Source: Octopus sinensis
Taxonomy: Eukaryota
DNA length: 64,000 bases
Assembly (NCBI RefSeq): GCF_006345805.1
Contig: NC_042998.1
Span: 21,452,001-21,516,000, forward strand
Direction of reading: 5' to 3'
In this document: piece after piece, positions 24,540 through 37,169 of the stretch
How the letters are laid out: each line of letters begins with the position of its first letter
Numbering within the stretch: the first letter of the stretch is position 1
Made by a program: the position numbers and the translations under genes
Notes under the pieces: model-generated
The model's input: the letters and a program-made list of their open reading frames with translations, nothing else
The model's database searches: none
Told to the model about the DNA's origin: nothing

Positions 24540-27365
24540 CACAGAAAATGTGAAAAGTTTAAACGAGACGAGTTAATGCAGAAAAAGATGCAGAAGTAAA
24601 AACAAGAATTCTTGCTATGCTGGAACAAAACCAAGCTGTAACCTTTAAAAAAGTGTCAGAAATGTGTGAAAGAATAGTAGATCTGAGATACAACACAGAA
24701 AATTTAATATAAAGATTGCTCCCAAGTGAAGCAAGTGCGAAACAGGCAGAATAGAAATCAAGTGTGTACTAAAATACAGTAAAAACAGGACAAAAATCAG
24801 GAAATAAATCCATGTTTTGCATGTGGAGTTCTGCACCTGACAAAAAATTGCCCATTTAAGAAAGTGGAATGTTTCCGTTGTGGAAAAATAAGACACGTAA
24901 AGGCGTACTGTAAAACCAAGATAACAAAATTTTGGAAGGGCGAAAAAAAGAGTAAATGTCTAAAGAAAATGGTAATGTGACAAACAGGAAATTCGTAAGT
25001 GTGAAAATTGAAAATATAAGGGTAAAAATACAGTGAAGTGATATTACCGTTGTGAATGAAGAAATTTAGAAGTATAAGCGAAAGTTAAAGTAAATTTAGA
25101 TGTATAGTTAAAGTAAATTTAGAAGTATAAGCGAAAGTTAAAGTAAATCTACAAAAGTAGCACACGATGTTAGGAGTAGTGGATTTTATTTTGTAGGTGA
25201 ATTTGTGTGTAATGTGACATTTTGTGACCAAATGAAAACGGCAAAATATACGTGTTAAAAAATTTAATAAATTTGTTCGGCACAGGGTGGATGAAATTGT
25301 TCAAATTGTGGAATACGCTTATAAGTGTTTTGTGTGGGAATATAATCAGTTTTGTCGAAGGTTCGAATGCGGCTGAGGGATTGAAACGAAAAATAAAACA
25401 TTTATTCCCAGTGGGCTGCTGCACGTAAACAAAGGAAGAAAGATTGTAGTAAAACAAACTGCAATACCTGTATTTAAGCTAAAAACGTAGTGTGCCGTTT
25501 GTGGCACTAGAAAAGGTAAATAAAGAACTTGAAACACTTGAAAACCTAGGAATAATCGAGAAGACGGACCACTCAGATTAGACAGCACTTACGGTTTACG
25601 TAAAACAGGAAAATAGTAAGTTACGAGTTTGTGCTAATTTTTCAACGGGTTTCAACGATTGCTTAAGCTCGCATAACTATCCTTTGCCGAGTCCTGAGGA
25701 AGTGATCGCAAAGTAGAATGGAGGGAAATTCTTCTCAAAATTAGACCTCTCAGAGGCGTGCTTACAAATCCAAATAGAAGAATGCTCACACTTAATAGCC
25801 ATGAATACACACAGTGACTTATTTAAATATAAGCACCTTCTCTTCGATGTAAAAGTGGTTACTTCCATGATTTAACAAGTAATGGATACAATACTGTTAT
25901 TTTGCTATCGTCTATTTAGATGATATCCTAATGAAAAGCGAACCACATGGACATGTAGAATACGTAAAGAGGGTATTCGAAAAGAATACGGCTTTAAGCT
26001 AGGTGAAGAAAAATGCGAGCTCTTTCTGAAAAAAAAAATACTAGATAAAAACGGACGGAAACTAGATCTTCCAAAGCAACTGCGATAAAAAAAAAATATG
26101 CCCACACCGAATAATGTGACTATGCTAGAAGCATTTTGGGGACTGGTAAATTACTACCAAATTTATACTCTCAACATACACAAGATCCCCAGCTAAATAA
26201 TTTGTTAAGGAAAAATGCAAAAATGGCGCTAGACTGATAAGTGCCAGAAGCCATTTGACGAATTAAAAAACATTTTAACATCGAACTTATCGTTTATGCA
26301 TTTTGATCCGTAGTTGAATATTATATTGGCTACAGGTGTTAGTGATTACAGAGTAGGAACAGTGCTTCTGCACAAATATGGCGATGGAAGTAAAAAGGCT
26401 ATCCCATGCGTTATTACCAGCAGAAGGAAAATACAGCCAAATAGAAAAATAAGTGTTACAAATCATATTCGATGTAAAAAAATCCATAGATTTATTCATG
26501 GAAGAAGTTTCTGTCTACAAACGGATCATCACCCACTACTGTCAATATACGGTTCTAAAACAGGAATACCAACACACACAGCTAATAGACTACAGCGATG
26601 GGACACTACATTATTGAATTATGATTACAAAATGATATATTCACCCTTCAAAGAAACTAGGGCATGCGGATGGTTTGTCCAGACGGATACCGAAACACTG
26701 CGAGCCATTCGAAGATACGGTAATCGCAGCATTATGATCAGAAGGAGAGATAATAAAAAATGTAATGTGGAATGTGGTACCCGAATTACTGTTGAGCCTA
26801 GAAGACATAAAACGAAATGCGAAAAAGGACAACTTCATAACAGAAATGAAAAGAAAACTGAGGAGATGGAAAAGTAAATAGGAACAGGATTGGCACGAAA
26901 CGAAATCAAGTCGTAAACCTATACTCAATTTGTGATAGTTTACTGATGTATTCAAAGTGAGTAGTAATACCTGAGACACCCCAAAAGAATATGTTAAGGG
27001 AATTTTATATTGGAGGTCCTGATATTTCGAGGATGAAAGCTTTAATGCGTAGCTACGTGTACTGGCAAAAAATGGATAGAGAAATTGAATATTTAATGAA
27101 CGTCTGCAGAGCATTGCTCTAGTAGCAAAATTAGCAACGATAAAATGTGAACCTTGGCCAAAAGAAGACGTTCCGTGGTCGAGACTACAAATCGATTTCG
27201 CTGGTTCCTTAAATGTTTCATACTACTTAGTGGTAGAAGATAGTTTCCCTAAATGGTCAAAAATTTGTAAGTGTAAAAAGCCAACCTCCTTAAATACAAC
27301 AAATTTTCTACATGAGCTGTTTGCGAGATTTGGTTCCCCAGACACTATAACGTCTGATAATGAAA
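24540..27365 (+). mobile_element. Degenerate Ty3/Gypsy internal region (gag zinc knuckles, RT, RNase H, integrase)
   Basis: CFACG/CFRCGK, LQTDHHPLLSIYGSKTGIPTHTANRLQRW, PWSRLQIDFAG, LFARFGSPDTITSDN; many stops and frameshifts; no LTRs found. Confidence 0.85.
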
Positions 27366-27379
27366 CATAATTTGTGTCT

Positions 27380-27660
27380 TTTTCCTTCTTGGGGGAATTT
27401 TGCTATACTCCAAAATTCGTCTCTGAATTTGGCTAGTTTCTGATTAGGTGGTGGAAAAGCGTAAGATTTAAATAAATGTAGTATGTCATTGTTTGTGGTG
27501 TTTCTTCTCTTTTACCCGGTCAAAATGGTATGCGCACCACTTCATACAGCGGATAAAGGAATTGGTTTTCTTAATGAGATCTTTTAATATTCTTAATATT
27601 TGTTTTGGGTGGCAACGGGATATCCTTCAGGGATGTATTGACGGTAAGTTTTTCCATATT
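27380..27660 (-). mobile_element. N-terminal fragment of a PLE ORF
   Basis: MEKLTVNTSLKDIPLPPK...LIKKTNSFIRCMKWCAYHF...FKSYAFPPP resembles the SxKNIPxP...FxxRMRWxAxF start of PLE ORFs (recalled pattern). Confidence 0.55.
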
Positions 27661-28402
27661 ATGGTAGACCGCTTGAGTAGCTCGTTGTAGGGTGAGCATT
27701 ATTACGATAAGTGCATAGGGATAAATTAACCAGGTGGGTAACCTAAGAGCTCTCAGGTTGCCGCCCTGGATCTTTAAGTGCCTGTGGTGGTTTAAAGTGC
27801 TGGTTTACATTTCTTTATCTTCACGTTTGATGTAACCAGGTCAACTGACTTACAGCCTCCTATATCATACCCCAAAAGACCGTTGTTCAGCTGCCTCTGT
27901 CTCTGTTGTGTCTACAGGTTTTTTTTTACTGTGGAGCAGTGCGAGCAAAGATCGAATATTTCCAAAGTGGAGACAGTATGTGTTGTGACCTGGTCTTGTG
28001 CCCTTGATAATCCTGATGGAAGTGTTTGTCCCCTCAGAAGAATTAGGTAATGGCAAACAGCCAAGTCCTGCTATTATTATAAGACATACACATGGTGCAT
28101 CAACACATTTTAGCAATAAAATGTAGGTATTTCTGAGTTAAGCTCAGCATCAGTTCATATCCACAAGAACTGATTTATGACGCTCCAGTCATTTTGTCAG
28201 GCTCTATAAGGATTACAATATCATTCTTTAAAGAGAAAATTTCTGATTTGAAGAATTTGGCTGCTGTTGTTATCAGGATTAGTTGAGTTGTCTCCTAGTG
28301 GTTGTGTCATAGACTGATTGTGGCTCCGTCATGGAATTGAAAAGCATTTAATCGATGAAGATCGTAGAGGAGAAGCAAAACAAAAGGCCTAAACAAGATC
28401 AT

Positions 28403-28894
28403 CTATTTATCTTGGTCGTCCCTTATGAAGGCCCTAAGGGTTTCGGTTGCGCATACTATAAGAGTGACAGGGCGTTGCTCCATATGGTTCCACAGTCTCC
28501 ATTTACCTAAGAATATTAGGGTCTCATCCATTGTCTTGTATTCAAGATCCTCTGCATGACATCCTGTTAGTTCAAAGCCATCAATCTGATCTGTTAGGTC
28601 CTGCAGATAACTAGATACTGTCTGGCCTGGTAAAACCTGCCTAAATATTTCTCTCCCTCCAGCATGGCTCTCCGGGTCAATGGAGCACACAAGTACTTCA
28701 TCGAGACAAGGTACCTGTTGAATTGGCCGTTGACTACTCTGTATTTCTTCTGCCAAGATCAAACGAACTGCACGATTGTAATAATTGTGATAATGGTCCT
28801 TATATAAAGGGTCACCTGTAATGCTTGTTTGTTCAATTATGTCTAACAATAACCGTTTCCAGTATTTCAACCACAACAGTCTTTTTCTACTCAT
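28403..28894 (-). CDS. Unidentified 163-aa complex ORF
   Basis: ATG start, normal amino-acid complexity, upstream TATAAAAG (29007-29014); no family recognised. Confidence 0.35.
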   Translation of the reverse strand: MSRKRLLWLKYWKRLLLDIIEQTSITGDPLYKDHYHNYYNRAVRLILAEEIQSSQRPIQQVPCLDEVLVCSIDPESHAGGREIFRQVLPGQTVSSYLQDLTDQIDGFELTGCHAEDLEYKTMDETLIFLGKWRLWNHMEQRPVTLIVCATETLRAFIRDDQDK

Positions 28895-29147
28895 CTCTTA
28901 TATCTTTGCCAACTTACCATGTCATTATAAATAAGGTTTCTATTCATCCAGTGTAAATATAATAGCTCGAACACGAAAGCAGCAACGGGTTTTGGTAAAA
29001 TATCTACTTTTATAAGCGCAATGGTTATGAAAGTGATAAATAACATCAGTTCACCACCACCACGTCAACTCACACTTCAAAAGTATTAGTATTATTAGTA
29101 GTCACGCCAGCATCACACCATCCACCCTTTGATTAAGAACAAACTAT

Positions 29148-29735
29148 ATTTATTTCTTTATTACCCACAGGGGGCTAAACATAGAAGGGACAAACAAGGA
29201 CAGACGAACGGATTAAGTCGATTACATCGACCCCAGTGCGTAACTGGTACTTAATTTATCGACCCCGAAAGGATGAAAGGAAAAGTCGACCTCGGCGGAA
29301 TTTGAACTCAGAACGTAACGGCAGACGAAATACGGCTACGCACTTCGCCCGGCGTGCTAACGTTTCTACCAGCTCACCGCCTTTATAAAGAACAAACTAT
29401 ATTGTTAATCCATATAATTCGATATATTTGTTGTTGTTAAGTCTTGAGCTGGCAGAATCGATAGAACTCCAAGCAAAATGCTTAGCGGTAATTCGTCTGC
29501 CGCTACGTTCTGAGTTCAAATTCCGCCGAGGTCGACTTTGCTTTTCATCCTTTCGGGGTCGATTAAATAAGTACCAGTTACACACTGGGGTCGATATAAT
29601 CGACTTAATCCGTTTGTCTGTCCTTGTTTGTCCTCTCCGTGTTTAGCCCCTTGTGAGTAGTAAAGAAATAGGTATTTCGTTGGTCCTTACGTTATAAGTT
29701 CAAAATCGGCCGAGGTCAAATCTACCCTTCATCTT
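29148..29735. mobile_element. Inverted pair of SINE S2 copies (29148-29385 -, 29445-29735 + dimer)
   Basis: S2 consensus on opposite strands, 60 bp apart, ending ~120 bp before the exon 4 acceptor. Confidence 0.85.
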
Positions 29736-29854
29736 TTTGGGGTCGATAAGTACTAGTTGTTGGTTTTGTGCTAACATTTGAAACCAATGTATTTGTTGTT
29801 GAGTTCTATTAACATATTTTAAATTTTAAAAAAATATTTCATTTTATTTTCTAG

Positions 29855-30007
29855 GCACAAGACATGGCCCGAGCTGGTTCTTTAGTATGCGCGCAGCAAG
29901 CACACGTTACTTCAGTAAAATTATCCAAAGCATCACTGTTTATAGGTATTCTCTGTCATACTGCATTCTTAATACAACATATTTACTGTACCTCTACAGA
30001 ATGTTAA
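29855..30007 (+). CDS. Dispanin gene A terminal coding exon 4, second half of the CD225 domain and TM helix
   Basis: ttttattttctag|AQDMARAGSLVCAQQAHVTSVKLSKASLFIGILCHTAFLIQHIYCTSTEC*; phase 0 matches exon 3. Confidence 0.8.
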   Translation, partial: AQDMARAGSLVCAQQAHVTSVKLSKASLFIGILCHTAFLIQHIYCTSTEC

Positions 30008-30107
30008 ATTTTATATTAATCGAACGGGTTTTCTTTTTAATTATTCATGTTTACTTCAAATCATATAAAATTCTCTTAGCAAGTTTATGTTGAGAACTCG
30101 AACCATC

Positions 30108-30316
30108 TTTTACTCTTTTTACCTGTTTCAGTCATTTTACTGTGGCCATGCTGGAGCACCACCTTTTAGTCGAGCAAATCGACCCCAGGACTCATTTTTT
30201 GTAATCCTAGTACTTATTCTATCGGTCTCTTTCGCCGAAATGCTAAGTTAAGGGGGCGTAAACACACCAGCATCGGTTGTCAAGCGATGATGGGGGACAA
30301 ACACAGACACACAAAC

Positions 30317-30363
<47 letters not shown>

Positions 30364-30835
30364 TACGACGGGCTTCTTTCAGTTTCCGTCTACCAAATCC
30401 ACACTCAAGGTTTTGGTCGGCCCGAGGCTATAGTAGAAGACACTTGCCCGAGGTGCCACGCAGTGGGACTGAACCCGGAACCATGTAGTTGGTAAGCAAG
30501 CTATTTACCACACAGCCACTCCTACGTCTATATGTTCCATGATAAATTATATAATTTCAACCATTAAAAATTGATACAATCTGATCGATGAACTTTACAG
30601 CTCCAAGGTAATAGCAAGAACCAATAAAGGAGTAAAACTACGAAAGTATAAAGATATTCCTGAACAATTTGGCACAGGAGTGGCTGTGTGGTAAGTAGCT
30701 TGTTTACTAACCACATAGTTCCGGGTTCAGTCCCACTGCGTGGCACCTTGGGCAAGTGTCTTCTACTATAGCCTCGGGCCGACCAAAGACTTGTGAGTGG
30801 ATTTGGTAGACGGAAAATGAAAGAAGCCCGTCGTA

Positions 30836-30893
<58 letters not shown>

Positions 30894-31112
30894 TGTGTGT
30901 GTCTGTGTGTCTGTGTTTGTCCCCCTAGCATTGCTTGACAACCGATGCTGGTGTGTTTATGTCCCCGTTACTTAGCGGTTCGCCAAAAGAGACCGATAAA
31001 ATAAGTACTGGGCTTACAAAAGAATAAGTCTCGGGGTCGAGTTGCTCGATTAAAGGCGGTGCTCCAGCATGACCGCAGTCAAATGACTGAAACAAGTAAA
31101 AGAGTAAAAAAG
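30108..31112. mobile_element. Inverted pair of full-length SINE S3 copies (30108-30525 -, 30677-31112 +)
   Basis: tRNA-like head ggagtggctgtgtggtaag...gggttcagtccc on opposite strands; internal (TA)n. Confidence 0.85.
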
Positions 31113-31440
31113 AGAGTATTCCTTCCGTTCCATTTAAGCATTAGGGAATGTTGTCGCCTTTCTTCTTAATTTAATACTCTTTATCATTATCTCAAGAAGT
31201 ATCAAAGTTTATAATCATTTTACAAAAATAAATGTTAAACAAAAATATTTGTTTGAACAAAATTTTAAAACTCTTTCCTAGTTTTTCAAACTGTTGCCTT
31301 CAAGTAAGTCATGTTTGAGCGTTAAATATTCAGCTGAGTCAGTTTATCATAAATTAGACACTAGATGCACACAAATAGACTGTTACACATTGACAGATGT
31401 TGGATAAGTGTCAACAAAGCGTTTTAGATAACTTTTTTTT

Positions 31441-31718
31441 TAGCAACACAGGGCCGAACACTGAGGGGAAAAAAACACAATGTAGAGCTTTTCTTTTCGA
31501 AAGATAAAAAAGAAAATAGAAAAAAAAGGAGGTAAAAATTCCGATCAAAAAGGATCGTGTAAAAAAAAAGAGAAGAAAACCATCAAAAGGGATCTTGTAT
31601 CACAGAAAAGAGCAAAAAATTTTAAAAACAGATTAGGTTTATCTGTGGAAAGAAAAGCCGACAAAAAGACTACGTAACCTCAAGCAGGGAGGGAATAAAA
31701 CACATGAGAGCAAAGTGC

Positions 31719-31785
<67 letters not shown>

Positions 31786-33620
31786 GTCGAACAACTGCTG
31801 TCACGTGTGGGACGAGTCGGTTTATCAGCTGAGTCTATCGTCAATATTGTCACGCCTCCTTCCTTCAAACGGGAAGGAAGAGCTATTTTCATCATCCTTG
31901 TGGCTATGGCGAAAGAATGTATCTGGTGGACGCGTCTGAAAGGATTGGAGACAAACACTTTCCTCTCTGGTCAATCTCTCATCAACTTCTTCAAGTACCA
32001 CTTGAAAAGGAAAGTGAGAGTAGAGAGACAAGTTTTGTCTAGCGAATGTTTTAAAAAAAGATGGGTGAATGCAGCAAGGATGGCACGTATGAATGACGAA
32101 GCCACCTTGAGCATAGTCCTATGAACCCAGAAATTGAAAACAGAGGGTTACCCACTTGCAAACAAATGTGGTAACATGTAACAATATTGACCGAGGTTAC
32201 CGTGGTCTTTTCCGTTGGCTTTTCTTCCCATGGTTAAACCTTATTTGCTTTCCCCTTTACACCATATATCATAACACTGTGATAAACGATCCCTATTGAT
32301 CGTTCTTTTTTTTCCTCTTCCCCTTTTTTCCCCTTTTTTCTTCTTTTTTCATTTCTCTTTTCTTTTGTTCCTTTTCCTTTTCTTTTTCTTTTTTTTATTC
32401 TTTTTATTTTTTTGTTCTTTTTCTTCCCTTTTACGATCCCTCTTGATCGAAAACCTACGCCGCCCCCCCTTTTTTTCTTTTGTCTTTTGTTTTTTCATCC
32501 CCCAAAAGAAAAGCTCTACCCTGTAACTTGTCCCATCTGTGTGCAGCCCTGTGTGGCCAATAAAGAAACTTATCTATCTATCTATCTATCTATATATATC
32601 TCACTCTCTCTCTCTCTCTCTCTCTCTTTGGATTTATAGGATCATGCTCAAAGTGGTTTCGTCATCCGCGCGTACCATCCTTGCTACATTCACCCGTTTT
32701 TATTGAATCATTCATGAGACAAAACTTACCTCTCTATTCTCACATTATTTTCAAGTGTTACTTAAAAAAGTTGACGAGCGATTGACCAGAGAGGAATGTG
32801 TTTGTCCCTAAATCTTTCGCTCGAGTCCACCACACATATTCGTTCACCATGGCCACTAGTACGATGAAAACTGCCGTAAGGGAAGGTAGAGTACAATTTT
32901 CACGATAGACTCGGCCGACAACCGAATTCGTCCCACACGTGACAGCAGCCTTTCGGCATAAGGCCACAGGTCGTTACTGTTGGACACTGCACGAGTGCGT
33001 GCAGAATGGTTTCGTCGCTCTCACCGCATCTCGGGCAAGTCGGTCCGGTGTATCTCGAACCGTGCCTGGAGAGCTTATCCCGAACGAGCAATGCTTCTCG
33101 ATAGCACTGCCAGGCTAGGGATCTCTGCTGATTGTCCATTGGTCCCGGCCTGAAAGTTGTCCTGAACAGGCAGGTCGAGTGTTCCTCGTCGACGCCCAGG
33201 TTCTGCCCGAGAACGTCGTCGCATCTCTCCTCCACTAATCCTCTTTAGAACTCCTTCGTCGAATTAAAGTCGCACAAGTTTGGTCCTGGACGGCAGAGTT
33301 GCTTCAGAGCAAGGCGGTAATCGTGGTGCCATTCGCCTAGCATCGGTCTCTGTTTGATCCACGACTGCAGTTCGGCAAAAAAGGGACGAGCTGCGGGAAA
33401 GCGCGCCTGACCAACGGCGACCGCACTTGTTCACCGTCGTCTATGTAGCGCCGGAGGTGTCGCAGTCTCAGCGGATGTCTGTGCATCATCAACCACGTTC
33501 TTCTTTGTGCGTTCAAGGGAAACGACGTTCTTTTCAGCATCCCTCACATCTGGCTTTGAAAGAGGCAGGAAGTTAATGAGAAACTTGCTGGCTTCCTGGT
33601 TTGATTTAGTCATTTTCGTT
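31441..33620. mobile_element. Tx1-type L1 fragments: 31441-31715 (-, 3' UTR), 31785-32570 (+, ORF2 end and 3' UTR), 32630-33620 (-)
   Basis: QRSLAWQCYREALLVRDKL...CPRCGESDETILHALVQCP zinc motif; VAMAKECIWWTR. Confidence 0.75.
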
Positions 33621-33823
33621 TAGCAGGTTGCAAAGAAAACCGAAGAAAATTTTTTTAATTTTGGAAATTCATCTGCAGGGGTGGGGAATTTCCTGTTAAA
33701 TGATTTTACTTAGGTTGAAGAAGATGTTAAACATCTCTTTCACAAAAAATATGCAACAACAAACAGTTATTTCTACACAAGTAAAGCCAACTTACTTGAA
33801 GCCGATCTGTCAACAGTTCATTC

Positions 33824-33919
<96 letters not shown>

Positions 33920-33955
33920 GCATGGATGGATGGATGGATAGATGTATGGATAGAG

Positions 33956-34011
<56 letters not shown>

Positions 34012-34051
34012 GCATGGATGGATGAATGGATAGATGGATGGATAGAGAGAG

Positions 34052-34126
<75 letters not shown>

Positions 34127-34127
34127 C

Positions 34128-35812
34128 ATGTTTCTTTATTAGCCGCAAAGAGCCGAACACAGAGGGGACAAAATACAATCTAGAGCTTTTCTTTCTGAAA
34201 AAGAAAACATAATGAAAAGAAAATTCCGATCAGTAGGGATCGTAAAAAAAATGCCGATCGAAAGGGGGCATGTATCACAGAAAATATTGTAAATGTTACA
34301 AAAAGGAAAAACAGATTAGGTGTATCCGAGGAAAGAAAAGCCTACTGAAAAGACCCCGGTAACCTCGGGCAAAAATGTCCTACAAAAGCACATTACAGTA
34401 GGTGACTCACTTTTTGTTTTCTTTCTTTTTCTGGTTCATAGGATTATACTCAAGGTGGCTTCTCATTCACACGTGCCATCCTTTCTACATTCACCAATCT
34501 TTTATTAAAACATTTGCTAGACAAAACTCCCATCTCTACTCTCACCTTCCTTTTCAACTGATACTTGAAGTTGATGAGAGGTTGACCAGAGAGGAAAGTG
34601 TTTGTCTCTAGGCCTTTCAGACGCGTCCACCATACACATTCTTTCGCCATAGCCACAAGTACGATGAAAATGGCTCTTTCTTCCCGTTTGAAGGAAGGAA
34701 GCTCGACAGTATTGATGATAGACTCGGCTGATAAACCGACTCGTCCCACAGGCGATAGCAGTTGTTCGACATAGGCTCACAGGTCGGAAATGATTGGACA
34801 CTGCACGAGTGCGTGAAGAACGGTTTCATCGCTCTGACGGCATCTCGGGTAGGTCGGCCCGGTGTTTCTCGAGCCATGCCTGTAGAACTTATCCCGACCG
34901 GGTAGCACTTCACGATAGCACTGCCAGGCCAGAGACCTCTGGAAGTTGTCCATAGGTCCCGGCCCGAAAGTCGACTTGAACAGGCGGGTCAGGTATAACT
35001 CGTCGACGCCCAGGATCGTCCCGAGATCGTCGTCATATCCCCCCTCCACTAATCCCTATAGAAGGCTTTCGTGGTGATGCAGTCGCTCAAGGTCGACCCA
35101 GGATGGCATAGTTGCTCGAGAGCAACGCGACACTCGCGGTGCCATTCGCCCTTCCTCGGCCTGTTTTTGATCCACGACTGCATTTCGGTCATGAAGACGA
35201 GCTGCGGTAAAGCGCGCCTCACAAACGGTGACCACACCTGTTCACCGTCGTCGACGTAGAGCGGGAGATGTTGCAGTCTCAGTGCGTGTCTGCGCATCAT
35301 CAACCACGGCATGCCCTGCCTTCCTTTTGACGGGTGTTGGCAGCAAACGGATCGCTGACCATCGGTACACTTCATTTCCACAAAAAGCAGAAGAGGATGC
35401 GTTCCAGTTTGGTGATGGTAAAATCGGGACAAGGCACGACGGTCATGTGGTTGTAGATGACGGACGTGATGTACGCGTTCGCCACCTCCGCCTGACCTTT
35501 TAGGATAGCTTCCTCTCGGCCCATTGCCGGACGAGAGTGGCCACCCTACTCGTTATCTCATCCCAGTTCCTCTCCGTTTGGAGGTCCGGACCAAACCAGA
35601 CTCCGAGAAACTGCACCGTACCGTAGGTCCAGCATCCCACGACGGATGCGCTGCTGGACGGCATGGGCTTGCTTCTCTAGGTGCCGGGCCGCAAGCCTAC
35701 TAACTTTTCCCCATTGATTTTCGCGCCTGTTACAGCTTCGTAGCCACTGTGTCTCGTCGACCAGCTCGATGTGGTCGTGGCTAGACACTATGACGGTGAC
35801 GTCGTCCACGTA
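34128..35812 (-). mobile_element. 5'-truncated Tx1-type L1 copy with (TCTA)n on both sides
   Basis: Begins at RT motif YVDDVTV, includes CPRC...DETVLHAL, ends ctaataaagaaacat followed by (TCTA)n. Confidence 0.8.
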
Positions 35813-35858
35813 GATAGTTAGTTAGATAGATGAATAGATAGCTAGATTGATAGATAAT

Positions 35859-35932
<74 letters not shown>

Positions 35933-36199
35933 TAGATAGATAGATAACGGTAGGTAGAAAGTACTAGGTATAGTACCACTAAGCTAAATAATACCCTGAG
36001 AACAAGCATCGTCAAACTTAAAGGTAATTCGAATGTGATAACATTTTATAAACACTCTTTGGAAGCGCTAGATGTGGTTGCTATTTTGCAGACAAGAAAA
36101 TAATGATTTTATAGTACTTCAATGGTTTTATTTCCAATGTGCGTTTAGTACAATTAGATGTTTCATGTGCTCGACAACAATCATCATAGTTAACTTACG

Positions 36200-36420
36200 T
36201 ATCAACACACAATCTGAGGAACGTGGAAACATACGACATCATCCACCAAAACATGCCCCTCCTTATAAATAACCTACGAATGAAAAAGTTACTGGAAACA
36301 CATAGCATTATTAAAAGCAAAAGACAACCACAATCAATTAAAAAATTGCTAACCAGCGCCAAATTACCCACCAAAAATACTATTCAAGTTACCGCCAATT
36401 CTAACCAACTTTCTTGAACC
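36200..36420 (+). mobile_element. Short PLE linker fragment
   Basis: IIKSKRQPQSIKKLLTSAKL matches 51043-51130 ILKCKRQHKSLKKLLTNTKL. Confidence 0.55.
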
Positions 36421-36955
36421 ATCACTTTTTATGTATCCCCAAACTATTAGATTCTTCCTTCTAGACTTCACTGTTTTTGTCATGTAACGTGCGTCGTTTC
36501 GTTTTCCTGGGAACCTTCTGACAAATTCTCGTTTATTAAAAACCGAAACGAACTGTATATATCTATATATATAAAAGTGAGGTTGTGTGGTGTCTGTCTC
36601 CTACGATTTAGATTCCTAACTACTCCCACATTTTGCGGTGCAGTTTAACCAAAAGCGGGTATTTTATAGTCGTGATTCATATCGAGCCCTTCTGGGTATT
36701 AGCGCGCGTCTACGATGAGTCAACGATTAAAAAAAAAATTTACCATCATTTTTTCCCATTTTTAATGCATTTTTGGCATATATAAGGGAAGTAACTATCT
36801 AAAAATGTATTATTAAATCTCAGAACGTAAAAAGCTACAGTAACACCCCGCTTTGTGGTTAGCCATATTCAGATGGTTATTATACTTTACATCTCTAAAA
36901 ATGCTTATATAGTTATTTCCCTTACAAACCCGAGCAACGCCGGGCGATACTGCTA

Positions 36956-37003
<48 letters not shown>

Positions 37004-37169
37004 TACACGGTAATTGTTAGACCTTATGGAGAATCTGACCACCTCATACATACATACACACACAACACACACATACACACACACTCACACACACCACCAC
37101 ACACACACACACACACACACAAACAACACACACACACACATATATTATATCTATATATATATATATATA

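Noticed and set aside
28952-29089. In-phase alternative terminal exon for gene A (CKYNSSNTKAATGFGK...)
   Set aside because: Lacks the CD225 second-half pattern and a convincing TM helix; the exon at 29855 fits much better; it overlaps the promoter-like region of the antisense cassette
33818-34178. YLSI-repeat ORFs
   Set aside because: Translations of (GATA)n
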